NCBI GenBank assembly: GCA_021432655.1
Contig: MU271378.1
Span: 1-64,000, forward strand
DNA: 64,000 nt
Source of the DNA: Atractiella rhizophila
Taxonomy: Eukaryota
Direction of reading: 5' to 3'
Program-made: the position numbers and the translations under genes
Shown: positions 52,399-64,000 of the stretch, piece after piece
How the letters are laid out: every line of letters begins with the position of its first letter
Numbering within the stretch: position 1 is the stretch's first letter
The notes under the pieces: generated by a model
What the model saw: the letters and a program-made list of their open reading frames with translations, nothing else
Databases searched by the model: none
What the model was told of the DNA's origin: nothing

Positions 52399-53049
52399 AC
52401 GACGTTCTCGAGGAGAGCGTTGGCGAGGTTCGCATTTCGCTTTACACGACTTGTATTTGTTCAGGTTCTCGTTTAGCTCTGTTCTTGGTTTGGTTATTAA
52501 GTCTATCGGTTTGGTTGTACCTACTTAAACCTCATTCCTTAGAACTAAGTATTCGTTCTATCCTCAGGCCTGAACTGCTCTGCAGCCTAACGTTAAGTTC
52601 AGTAGAATTGCAGGTAACCCAAGTCTAAGACAACAGCAGAGAAGGAAAAACGATGCCATTGATCCTCGCGCTTATCACAGAATTGGCTCGAATCAGGAAA
52701 GTGATACGGGTGGGGTGTTGAAGTGAGATGGTGCCAGAAGGGTCAGTTTAAAAAGACGGAATCGTACAATGCAGGAGGTAGAAAATCTGAATCTTGCACA
52801 CAATCCCATCAAACATACAAGGGAGAGAGGATAAGACGAAACATGAACCCGAACGTTGAATTGAACTTGAGAAAAGATGATAAAGAGGTAGGAAAACAAG
52901 TACGCACGAGATAGCCCGATAAAAAGATTGAAGAAAGAAGAACGATGAATAAAGCAAATTCTGGCAATTGAAAGGAGTCCGTATACATTGATAGTGAGTT
53001 ATGAGGATTGAATAAATGGCAAAGTAGTGGTACTAGGTGGTGTGCTCGA

Positions 53050-55926
53050 TTATTTCGTCGTAGTGTTGGTTGTATTGCTGTTGGTGGTACTGGTACTGGC
53101 ACTTGGTGAACCTTTCGGCTTCCAAGCTCCCGCTCCAACATTCCAAATCGCTCCGATCAAGTCTCTTGCCGTCCCAGCAATCTCGACAGCTGCGCCAACA
53201 CAGCACATAAGAACCGATTAGGACAATTGAACGGGAGAGAAGGGGGCTCACAATTCTTACCTCGTCCAATGACACCGCTATCGTCTTCGGGTTCATATTG
53301 ATCCCCTTCGAAGATAGACTTCCGATCCGGAAATCCTCCTCCATATTCCTCCCCAGAACTAGACAACCTCCTTCCATCCAAACTATTTCGTCCATGCCTC
53401 ATCAACGACTTTTGAGCCGGAGATACCTCTCCCTGCCTCGTCATCTCTCCACTCCGCCGAACTCCACTGTAATTCTCCCCGCGGGCAGGTTCAACTGAAG
53501 GAGAGGGAGGCACAGGCGACCGTTCGGAAGTGCTTGAATCTCTCCGATGCTTGAGTGCAGCAGATCGGAAACTGGATGTAGAAGTTTCTTTTGAGTGCGT
53601 ACTTAAAGGAGGACTGCGTCCAATTATCGGGTTATGGCGGAGGACAGGAGTGGTTGGACTGGTTGTTAACTGTGGAGATTGAGCACGCTGGGACTGCGGA
53701 TTGTTAGGTTTCTGCTGAGGAATGGTGGATATGGGAGGTGTGCCTCTTGATGGCAGTGTGGTCTGTCTAGCCGCCTCATAACGGCTTCGACCCCCATCTC
53801 TTTCTCTCGCTGAGCCTAACGCACCAGAAGGATTACTCAAGACAACTCCACCAACCGAATACAGCATTGGAGGACTGTAGCTTCCGGAGGAGGACGGGCT
53901 GCGCAACCGATCCATCGAACTGGAGCCTCTCAACGTCGACCTTCCTCTCTCCTGACCGTCGGTCGCACGACCAGATCCAGTCCTCACAGGCGGCGAAAGA
54001 AGAGGAGAAGAAAAAGAGCTTCCGGGAGAATACGATGACGGCATCGCTGGTGGGGGAGAGGGGCTACTGGAGCTTTCGGAATTAGTCTCAGAGTGAACAT
54101 CTATAGAAGTCGAAGAATCAGCCGAGGTGCCTTCATTTGAAGGTGTTTGACGATTCTTCAAAATCGACCGTCCGGGCGTGGGCTTGGACGATCTTCTCTG
54201 ATGCTTCCGCCGCGAGTCCTCCCCACGAAAATCAGCTCTATCCTCCACCGGAGAACCGGACCACCGCTCCTTGCCTATGCTCGCCAGATCTGCGTATGAG
54301 CGCGAGGAACTCTGACGTGTAAGGGAAGAAGAGGAAGAAGAGCCGATGATGGGGTTTGAAGATCGCCTCGGTAGAGCCTGTCGCCCCGCATCAACCGAGA
54401 AACTGTGGTCAGAGGGGAAGTATTCCGGCGGATAAATGACGACAGGTGAAGGAGCTGGGAGAGATTCAGAGGACTTGAGTGTGGTAGGAGGAAGAGGGGA
54501 GATGGTTTGAGGTTCCCCTGTGACATTGTTGAGATAATGGGATGAACGTTTTCGAATAGGCGCTTTCCAAGTCGACGGTTTCGATTCGTCCTCTGTCTGG
54601 TCGAGGACGATACATTGGTCGACTCGATGATTGAAACTTATATGTCTGCCTTTTGAGGCTGTCGTTCCAGTATGGCTATCCTGAGAAACAACCCTGGAGA
54701 GATAGCCTGCACCATGCTCATCTGGACTCCTGGTGTAACCATTAGCTGGTGAAATATGACCATCCGAAGGTGAAGACGGCCATCCACGACTCCTTGACGA
54801 CGTCGTCGAGGCTAGGCTGTGATGGCTCGACGCCAAGCTAGTTCCTCCAAGCGGATTGTCGCCCTCATCACTCGGAGTGTCAAAGTCAGCAGCGTCCAAA
54901 ATTGGCGATTTCGAATGGGAAGGAGGGAGGTTGAAGACGTCTGAGAGCGATCGATGCTTGAGGATCGGTTTTGTTGGTCCCGGCTGAGGGGTGACAACAG
55001 GATCGGGTTCTTGAGCTGTATGAAGAGGCCCATACAGCCAATTCTCGTCCGAATCCTTGAGCCTGTTTCCCAGAAAGAACGATGGTAAGCCTCTGAATGT
55101 GAAGAAGGCGTCTTTTCAGGCCGCACGGCGACGCGGAGTGCATGCGGGGCGGAATAGGGCTAAGGGTGGGACAATGAACATACCAATTTAACGTCTCAGG
55201 CGAAATTGTTCCCAACTTTCCGCGTTGTTTAGCCCAAGTTCTCCAACTGGCGTTCTCAAGCCGAATTCCGTTTGAAATCACATTCTTGTTCCTTGTCATG
55301 GCCTTCCAAGAAGTCCATACATCGTCCTCTTCGAAATCGTGCGATAAATAATCAACACATATCCGTGGTAGACGAGAGGCAACTTGAGTATCATCCGGTA
55401 CTGGACCGTCCTTTTGCGTGGCGCTGGGCATCGCTGCAAGCGCCCACATTAGACAACGTGACGGAATAAGACATCATCGACAACTCACCAACATTGTAAG
55501 GGAAAGCGGGTCTATGCGACACCCAGAACAATCAAACCTGTCGCATCCCTGAGAGAACGAAAAGGCTCACATCAACCGTGGGGTGCCCGATCGGTGTATT
55601 GTATCATGAGATTTCGAAGCGATCAACATCCTCTTGACGTGAGGAGCGGGATCAACCATCTGCTTCACGTCCTGTTCCAAATCATCCTCCTCATCGTCCT
55701 CATAATCCTCCGTATCATCCGTCTCAGAATCAGAATCTGTCGAGTCGAAATCAAGTCCCAACCTCACCGCCGCGTTCGAGCTCGGCGTCCGCGCCTGAGG
55801 TTGTGGGAGAGTTGCGGGAGTGGAATTTTGATATTTTGAATGGATCGGAATCGGGGAAGGAGAGCTGGAGTGGTGAGGAGATGGACGACTTGCCATGGTG
55901 GCGGTTGGAACCGAAACTTGAGCCAT
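53050..55926 (-). CDS. REG1: Reg1-like PP1 (Glc7) regulatory subunit with DUF1752-type domain
   Basis: VDYLSHDFEEDDVWTSWK...NGIRLENASWRTWAKQR...SPETLNW|LKDSDENWLYGPL; PP1-docking-like RHISFN..VDQCI. Confidence 0.8.
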
Positions 55927-57865
55927 CGGTTTTGGACCTGTATGCGATAGGAATAGACAGTTGATACCTAATCCTTAAAAGGAGAGAAAAACCGATGCGT
56001 CAGCGCATGGATTTTTCCTGAATCTGAGACGACCCGGCGTCAAAGTGACAAAAAGGACATTGAGATATTTTGTGGAGCGCTTACTGCTCCACGAACCGAG
56101 CTCATCCGAAGGACCGAGTAGGCTCTTGGTCTGATGATGTCTCAACGTGCGGGCACGACAACCGATCACCCAAGGCACTCTTAGGGGAATATCCAACAAG
56201 AACGCCAACCAAAAAGGGAAGCACCTTCGTGCTCGAAATAATTATTGAGCCATTTTGTTAGGTTGGAGCATGCGCCTCGGCTCGCCAGGATGAAAGTGCA
56301 CAACAAACGCCACAGGCATCCCCCTTCCTCAGAGGCCAAAAGGACGCACCTATGCCTGTGATAATGACCGGCAATCCCAACAGCCAAAATCGTCGTTTTC
56401 TCGATGTTGGTGAGGTAAAAGTAAAGGGGGTTGGCGACAGTGGGCCTCCGTTACTTTTGAATCGGATAAACCCGTTTGAATTAGCCGGATTCCGGACGAG
56501 GCCGGAGTAAGGTTGACCTGCTGGTTAGGGTTTGACGCAGTTCAACCGAAGGTGTCACCCGATTGCTGGGTCAAGTTCAGTCAGCTTGAAAAACTTTTAT
56601 GGCATCGGGGGTCTCATTATTTTTAATCCTAGTCAATTATTGCTGATGCAAGCTGCTTGCGGAACTGCGAATGCTTGCCAATGCTCGAAAATCCCACTGA
56701 AAAACGAAGGAATTACCTGCTGTTTCGATGTGTCGGTAAGCACCTTTGCGGCAAGCCTTGCGAGCTAACAGCCCGGCGTTTCCTGATTTCTTGGAAGAAT
56801 TGTTCTGTCGGAGTTCAGAAGTTTGTTTACTTTTTCTGGGGTAATAGGGTTCGAATGGTTAACACGTTCTTTTAAATGCTTTAAAGGGGTACCCATCAGG
56901 GTCCGTCGTTGGCAGCATCATCGTCTCCTTCCTCTTTGTCGTGCGTTGGACTACTTAAGCGCAAAATACTCGAATGCCATTGAGACAATGAGCACCAGAT
57001 TGAGAGAACGATGATGATTTGTGGAGCCGGCATAAGGACCAAACCCTGCACCAGCCCTGCATCGACCTTAAGACGCATTCCGACTCTCTCCTTTCCCTGC
57101 AATTCGCACCTCTGAAAGTTGGTTATTTTCACCGGACGCGTACGACACCGTGAAAATCGTGACGAAAAGTGTAGAACTTTTTGCACTTCCTTGTGATATC
57201 AGTCTGGGATGAGTATGATTTCAAGTTGCGGTTATCGAGTATGCTTCCGCGATCAAGGCAATCCCCCACAACTACATCATAAAAGCATCATGATCCTCCT
57301 TCCCAATCCCAAACGAAAATCCCGAATGATTCACCCGTGAATCCCAACTTGTCAACCTTTCACCTAGCCTTTCCGGAACCCGTCCCGTTGCCCCGTTCCA
57401 GATAGGCAAGGCAAATTCTTCGCTCGTCCACTGCAATCTCCTTGCCTTCACAAATGCATTAATGAATGAGCTGAAGCGTCTTCCCTAGCATGTTGTCAAT
57501 TTCGTTGATGGATGACAAGGAAGCGAAGCCACCTCAGATTTCGCGAGATCTACGGGATCGACGGGACAAAAGGAAATCTATTATTGAACGCTAATTGCGC
57601 CTTCTCATCTTCTCCACACGTTGGAAGGGAATGTCCACTCCGTCCACGATGTGGTGGACTTGACTTATGAATGCGCTGATAAATACACGTGTTGCACTGC
57701 TCGGGATGCCTGATTGATCATGTTTACAAAAGCAACTCGAGTCGAGCTCGAGGAGGACCTATTCCTCCTATCTACAGTCTACAGTAAACGTGATATTTGG
57801 CTTCGTTTCCATCGCACCGGCTAAATGGACAAACTGTCCAGTGGGATCGTGCATGTACGCGGCGG

Positions 57866-59715
57866 TTACAGAATGAGGGCCAGACACGCCATCATGGCGC
57901 TTATCAATGTTGTTATTGTGGGAAGGAGGAGCGATGATGCATCTGATGTCTGTCCTCCAGTAGTCGAATTCGAAGCTTGGATCACGAACACCTGCCATCC
58001 ATCGCGTCGTGTCAGCTAGCTGACTACGGAAATGAAAGGAGAGGAGGTAACAAAAAGAAGTACAAAGCGGGATTTGATAAGAAAGTTTGGAAGAAAGTAG
58101 AAAGCACGGGAACAGAGAAAGGGAGCAAAATCGAATTTGTAAGCCTTCCAGAAGAATTTCTCACCTCTCCGGTCGAATCACTAGTCACGAATAGTCTTCC
58201 CCTCTTATCGAACACGAGTCCTACTGGCCTGAAACAGCCGTTAGGGCAGCGGGAGAGACGGGGGGACGAAATGACAGGGGAGTAGCCTGTTCCTGAGTCA
58301 GATGAAGCAATCGGTGCGCCATCTCCCCACGGTATTCTTCACCAGTTCCAATCAGGTACCTTGGAGAAGGAGGAGAAGAAAGTAAGGACGGACCTGACTA
58401 CCTCATACCCCGTCGGATCCTCGCGATTCCAGGAACCATGGAAGGAAACGAAAGCATTCCTTCTCCAATCGCACAAAAGCCCTAAGCTTCCTTCTACATT
58501 AGCTCCAACAATGGAACTACATCCACTACCCTCTTCTCCACCTCTTGGTCGTCCCAAGAACTTGATATCTAATGGGGCAGAGTGCGCTTGGAAGCTGAGT
58601 GTCGGACTTGTAAATTGCTGGTTACAGTCTTCATCCGTGAGCGAAGCGTTGATTGAGAAGCTCGACCCAATTGGCGGCGGTGAAGAAGGTGGGGAAGACA
58701 CCGAAGAACTCAGATTCCAGTAGGTAAAGCAGCTTGGGTAGCCGAAGGACTCCGGGAGCGAGCCGTTTGAAGGTGGAGGGAGAGGGATGAGATTGAGCTC
58801 CTCGGCAGGGTTGTCCCTGTGTATATCGCCAAATTGTTCCGTGCTCACCTGATCCTGTACCGCATTCAACCCAAGGCGTCGTCAAAGACAGGAAAGGAGC
58901 AATACGGATGGACGTACGGCTGAGTTCTCGACTTCCCACAGGTTCCCTCGATCATCAAACGACATCCCAACTCCGTTTCTCAATCCCCAGGCGACCAGTT
59001 CACCCTCCATCCAGTCGACCACCGTCCCATTCCCTACAAGAACAGCGGACGAAACATTGTTAATCTCGAGGCTAAACCTACGAATTTGGCTTCTTCCTGT
59101 GAACACGTCTGCGGCCCCTGCGTCCACGTTCTCTTGCGAGCCACGGGAGACGTAGAGGAACTGGCCATCGTCGGATAATAGCAATGTCCTGATCTGATTC
59201 AGTTGCAATACATTCTGTAGAGGTGATGCTTACCTTGTTGAATGATCGGCATTCGACATTCCATTTACTAGCTCCTCTCTTGAATTAGGATCAACCGTGA
59301 ACGTGCCGCTGTTGTATGCCCAACGAAACACTGAGTCTGAGCTCGAAGCATAGAGATACGTCGTCTGGCTGTCGCCTGTGGAAGGGAGGGAGGATGAAAG
59401 TTCGATGCCATGATTAAGGTCGGTTTGATTGATGATATACGACTTCTTCCAACCCCCTAGGCAGTCCGCTGTGTTCTCTTGGACGACTGAGATGCCGACT
59501 CCCCTTTCAACAACCAGAAGAGTTGCTTGATTCGCATTCGAATTCAATGGATCAAGGATTATTCCTCTTGGACTTGTGAGAGCATTCTGTATCACGGAAA
59601 CGGTGCTCGAGGGAGCGTAGGAAATGGTGTGAGAAGGTTGCAGGCTTGATTGGCATGTTGTTTGGCCAGTTACGAACGTGAGAAGGGAGACAAGCAGGAA
59701 CGAGGACAAAAGCAT
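57866..59715 (-). CDS. Secreted PQQ-dependent sugar dehydrogenase (CAZy AA12 / sorbosone dehydrogenase-like) with GPI-type tail
   Basis: Signal peptide; HSTR|TLL, VSRGSQENVD, GLRNGVG, WEVENSA, DNPAEELN, QAHSAPLDIKF, FHGSWNR, CFRPVGLVFD, TSDSTGE|VFVI; ends TSDASSLLLPTITTLISAMMACLALIL*. Confidence 0.85.
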
Positions 59716-60077
59716 TTCCGTGATGACAACTTCCTTATCAGAAGTGAGTGGAGGATCAATACAGTAAGGACCCGACTTCTCTTAAATTATAAAGCAAGCA
59801 GGCGGAAGATAAGAGGAACAAGAAAAGGTGCTTCACGCCGAGTCTTGGCAGTCATTGGTTACTGGTTGGCAATAGTTGGGAGCACAAGATCATTACATCA
59901 TTATCAGTTCACCAGAGAACACTTTCTTTTCTCCCAAAGGGTTTCCTGCCTTGAGACTGACCATAGTATGTTGCGATCAATGATATCTGAGAGCAAGGAA
60001 TAAAGCTGACTCAGTGCAAAAAAGCGCGATAAAATCCATCACGCGTTCGGCCACCCCGAAACTTCACCATTCCAAAT

Positions 60078-61001
60078 ATGTCGGCTGCCACGAAAGACAA
60101 CTGGAATCCTCAGCACTATAGCACGAATGCATCTTTTGTCTTTTCAAAGACCAACACGCTCCCACTCTTTCAACTCCTCGATCCGCAATCAGGAGACAAC
60201 ATTCTCGACGTAGGATGTGGATCTGGGGAGCTGACTCTGAGGGAATGGACGACTGCTGTGGGACCAGAAGGAAGCGTCCTCGGAGTCGATAGCAGTCTTT
60301 CTATGATTGACGCAGCAAAGAAACTCCTAGACTCTCATGCCACAGGAAACGCACGATTCCTCGTTGCCGATGGACACAACCTGACGGAGACTCTAAAGAG
60401 CGTAGCACCCAACCCATTCGATAAAGTCGTCTCGAATGCGGCACTTCATTGGATGAAGGAGAATCCAGGAAAGGTCTTCAAGGAAGTTAGTAACGTTTTG
60501 AAATCCGGAGGAACCTTCGCGGCTGAGGTACAGTTCGCTTTACCAGTTGAACAAAATGTTAATCGAAGTACCTTGAACAGATGGGTGGCTTCCTGAATAT
60601 CATCGGCGTGCGATCCGCCCTGCATCTAGCCTTCAAGAAAAGGGGTCTGAACTCAGAAGAGGCAGATCCATGGTGGTTCCCTACTCCCGCCGCTTGTCAA
60701 GAATTACTAGAAGCAGCAGGTTTTCGAGTAGAATCTATAGGTGAGGTTGTTCCCCCGCTCTAGGCGTCGTTTTATGCCAGAGACAGAGCTGGTTCCACGA
60801 CCTACGACGCTAAATGAGACGGGCTTGAAAGGATGGCTCGAAAATTTTGGAGAACCTTGGTTTAAGAAGTTGAAAAAACAGGAGGAGAAGAGTGAGCTGA
60901 TAGACGAGCTGTCAGACATGCTCAGAGTAGACATGTGCGACGAGAAGGGTATTTGGACTCTGATGTATGTCCGCCTTAGGTTCAAAGCAGTAAAAGAGTA
61001 G
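60078..61001 (+). CDS. Class I SAM-dependent methyltransferase (trans-aconitate methyltransferase-like)
   Basis: ILDVGCGSGELT, LGVDSSLSMI, FDKVVSNAALHW, LKSGGTFAAE|MGGFLN, YVRLRFKA. Confidence 0.9.
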
Positions 61002-61436
61002 CCAATTAAAATCATAAGCTCTGAAGTTTCAAACAAATATTAGAGACCTAAGAATGAAAGTATCCTCACGGAGGCTCGCAAAGCTAGCGGAGGTATGAAG
61101 TGATCCTATAGATTACACACACTCACCACAATTACTTCTCCACCATACACACCATCTACGTGTGCTATCTTCTGTACTGGTTATAAACTCTTATTAACAG
61201 CGTTCAAATCACTCCCCCATGGTGGAGCGCATCGCATTTTAGAACAAGCACAATTGCTTCAAACGAAATCCGACCGGCAAAACCTCAAAGCACTCAAAGC
61301 TCAGAAACTTGCACAGAAGAGTTGTGTTTTTGACCAAAGTGCCTTAGAAATATGCTCCAGCTCAGAATGTGGGTATGTGTTACATTTGACAATTTGTATC
61401 TGTCGACTACAAACGACCACTAGTCCAATGTAACAT

Positions 61437-63187
61437 TCAGAGCTTGGTTTTATTCCTCAGACGTCTGTGCTTAATGAACTTTGACGTCCCTATCCATCCT
61501 TTCAGGAACGTCTCTTTCTCGACGAAAAGCAGACACTCACTCTTCAACATTCTTAATTTTGCCAATGCCTCTCGCAAGATATCCTCCTCATCAATCGCGT
61601 CAATTTCTTCCTGGGTTAACGGCTGTGTATCAGCTGCAGCTTGCCCAGCGGCGGCTTGGCCAGCAGCGGCTTCTAGGAAATATAGTTAGACTGGGTAGAA
61701 GAATCAAGAGAGTGCTGCTTACGGGTAGACTGGCGACCACCTCCTGCTGTGTTAACATTGTCAGCAGTATTGGTATTTCCTGCTGTGTTAACAACAGTGC
61801 CAGCAGCATTGGCATTGCCAGCCGCCGCGGTGCCGGCAGTATTCGCAGTTCCAGCAGTATTCGCGTTGCCGGCAGTATTGGCGTTACCAGCAGTATTCCC
61901 ATTTCCAGCAGCAGTATTCGCGGTTCCAGCAGCAGTATTCGCGGTTCCTGCAGTTCCTGCGGTATTGGCAGTTCCGGCAGTATTGGCGGTCCCAGCAGTA
62001 TTAGCCGTTCCAGCAGTGTTGGTATTGCCAGCCGCCGCAGTGCCAGCAGTGTTGGCGTTACCAGCAGTATTGGCAGTGCCGGCAGTATTGGCAGTTCCTG
62101 CAGCAGCAGCGGCAGTAGCATTCCCAGCGGTATTCCCGGCGTTCTGAGTGAAGGCAACACATCCTATCCATCACAAGGAAACGTCACCTCTCTAACAACA
62201 GTGCAAAACCACCAAAAAAAAATACCACCGAAGGGCCCTGCGCGTGCCGAGTTCATGCAGCGAACGATACAGCTGTTTCCGGGACCTGGGTACCCTCAGC
62301 ACATGTAGGAAGAGAAAAATAAAAGCCCACCAGTGCAAGTGGTGCCTGCTGGTGCTTGAGCTACTAATGCGAAATCGGTCGCACGAGCTTGAGAACGAGA
62401 ACGCTCCCCCGGCACATTTGTAGTGACGGTCATAGCAACGAAAGTCTGAGCCGTTCCGTCGCTAATAGTCTGTCAGCACGGGAGAGAGAGGTAACGGAAG
62501 AAGACGAACGTGTTGATTTGGCAAGTATAGGGCTTGCATGCATGTCAGCTTTGACAATAGATGGGAAAATATTAAGACTAACACCAGCGCCATCGCCGTT
62601 GACTTGATCTGTTGAATTCGAGAAAAAAAATCAACATCAAAGGACTAGAGAATTAAGAGGAAGAGACTGACGCAGTGTCATGGTTGCGACCCCATCAGCA
62701 CTCAAATCAGGCATTCCAGCCGCTACCGCTATATGTCTTCTTCAGTTGTCCTTCTTCAAACTTCAAAAAAGAGAATAGACCTGCGGCGAGTTGGGTAGCC
62801 ACATCATTCGGGCCACCAGCCAGAGTCTCACCACATCCGGGATCCGCTACACCCTGTCAAGGCGTTCAGTATACGCGAACGAACTGGGGTATCAAGTACG
62901 CACATTGTCAACTTCAAAGACGGTTGTGTCCTGTTGAAATGGTCTTCTCCTCGTGCCATCTCTTGGAGTTGACGCAATGATGCCTACAAGGACGCTCAGC
63001 GATGACAGGAAAAGAAGGAAAAGTACCAACCAAACGCTTGTGACTTTACACCATTTGGTCCCTGATCAAGCCCATTTTAGAGATGATTCGCTGACAAAAG
63101 CAGCAAGCTCACAGTAGCACCCGTAATTGCTCCATGGCCAAAGGCACTTGACACAAAGAGAGAACAGAAGACGAGAGCAGAAATCAT
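61437..63187 (-). CDS. DUF3129 / Egh16-GAS1-like secreted protein with Thr-Ala-x repeat tail
   Basis: MISALVFCSLFVSSAFG-HGAITGAT; TPRDGTRRRPFQQDTTVF; CGETLAGGPNDV; MTLHQVNGDGAG; CIVRCMNSARAGPFGG. Many short exons, so the ORF track misses it. Confidence 0.85.
61750..62145 (-). repeat. Degenerate 9/18-bp coding tandem repeat encoding (TAN-TAG)n
   Basis: Minus-strand units such as ACTGCCAAT ACTGCCGGC and AATACTGCTGG recur across ~400 bp. Confidence 0.9.
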
Positions 63188-64000
63188 GACTTTGGAAGAA
63201 GGAGGGGTTGGAGTGCACAGCACAAGAATATCACGAAGAGAAGAGTGAGACCAAGCTGGAGAACAGGAAACTGGTAGGCTGCCTTATAAATGCTCGAGGT
63301 GAGCATAAGGTCCTACGGCCGCCACTGAGACCACGGAACATTTCCATATCCCGATGGTAGTACTAGTGACAAGATATTGTCAACGGTGGGATCTTGATGA
63401 ATTCAGTCATGAGCGGACATATCGACACGGAATCCAGAATTGCAGAAGAGAAGTTCCATCTGGTATTTGTCAACCCTTCGTCTAGGTATGGATTGAATTT
63501 AGCGGTAACAGCGTCAACAAGGCTTGCAAACAAAGGAGACATTTCACAATAGATTAATTTACTCAATTCGACTTCTTGGCGTTAGCAGCATTCCCACAGT
63601 TGCAAGTTCCCAAAGACGAACTCCAGTGGACACCTGGGACACGGTTCTTAGTGAATAGTAGGATGAAGGGCCTGCCAATCGGTAGGCAAATCGGTTGCTT
63701 GGGAAACCGTCCCAACAGGTCTAGCTCCCCTCCATACTCACACCTTCACTCAACCGTCAGCGGATACTCGGTGCTAAGGAGACGGCTAGAATGTAATTCC
63801 CCCACTTCGTCTTCCTTTCCACAAGTATTCTGACCTTTCGGCAGCAACCATCGTCCAGGTCCGGCGAACTCACCAAGCTCAAGTTGAATCAACGATTCCC
63901 ACCTCCAACCAATTCCACAACTTATCCATGTTGCAATGATGGATTCTCGTTCTCCAATATCATAGTGCCGCAATGAAGAGTCACCATCTGATCCTTTTCC

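Noticed and set aside
61481..62308. ORFs 61481-62308 (+), 61749-62147 (+) and 61630-62160 (-) giving PAVLAV or LPILL repeats
   Set aside because: Shadow frames of the 9-bp repeat; the spliced DUF3129 frame explains the region.
63363..64000. Possible 3' end of a minus-strand gene at the window edge
   Set aside because: Fragmentary frames with no identifiable motif.
1..64000. tRNA, rRNA, CRISPR arrays, intact transposase or reverse transcriptase, biosynthetic cluster
   Set aside because: None seen by eye; isolated GTTCGA words lack cloverleaf context.

Overview
Gene-dense, intron-rich eukaryotic DNA with mostly 45-60 nt GT-AG introns and CTRAC/CTCAC branch sites. Gene content points to a basidiomycete fungus (inference). 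About 20 spliced genes can be rebuilt by hand: a DUF6532-like protein, DCN1, a Mag1-type glycosylase, a GPI-type secreted protein, a bHLH factor, an alpha-arrestin, two tandem Rho1 paralogues, UreG, three F-box or F-box-like genes, a MedA-like regulator, Dug2, an EXPERA-like membrane protein, a nucleotide-sugar transporter, Kch1, a Reg1-like PP1 subunit, an AA12-type PQQ dehydrogenase, a SAM methyltransferase and a DUF3129/Egh16-like secreted protein. A decayed island (~5.8-11.3 kb) contains an assembly gap. Best leads: (1) a 1,181-nt hairpin-rich intron in DCN1 that may host an undescribed long ncRNA; (2) an ascomycete-style CpA>TpA RIP-like signature with CpG retained in the decayed island; (3) an arrestin with two N-terminal Cys5-His2 motifs spaced like the PCAF_N zinc site; (4) an Egh16-like protein with a Thr-Ala-x tripeptide tail. 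Family calls come from motif recognition, not database searches, and dinucleotide figures are approximate hand counts.
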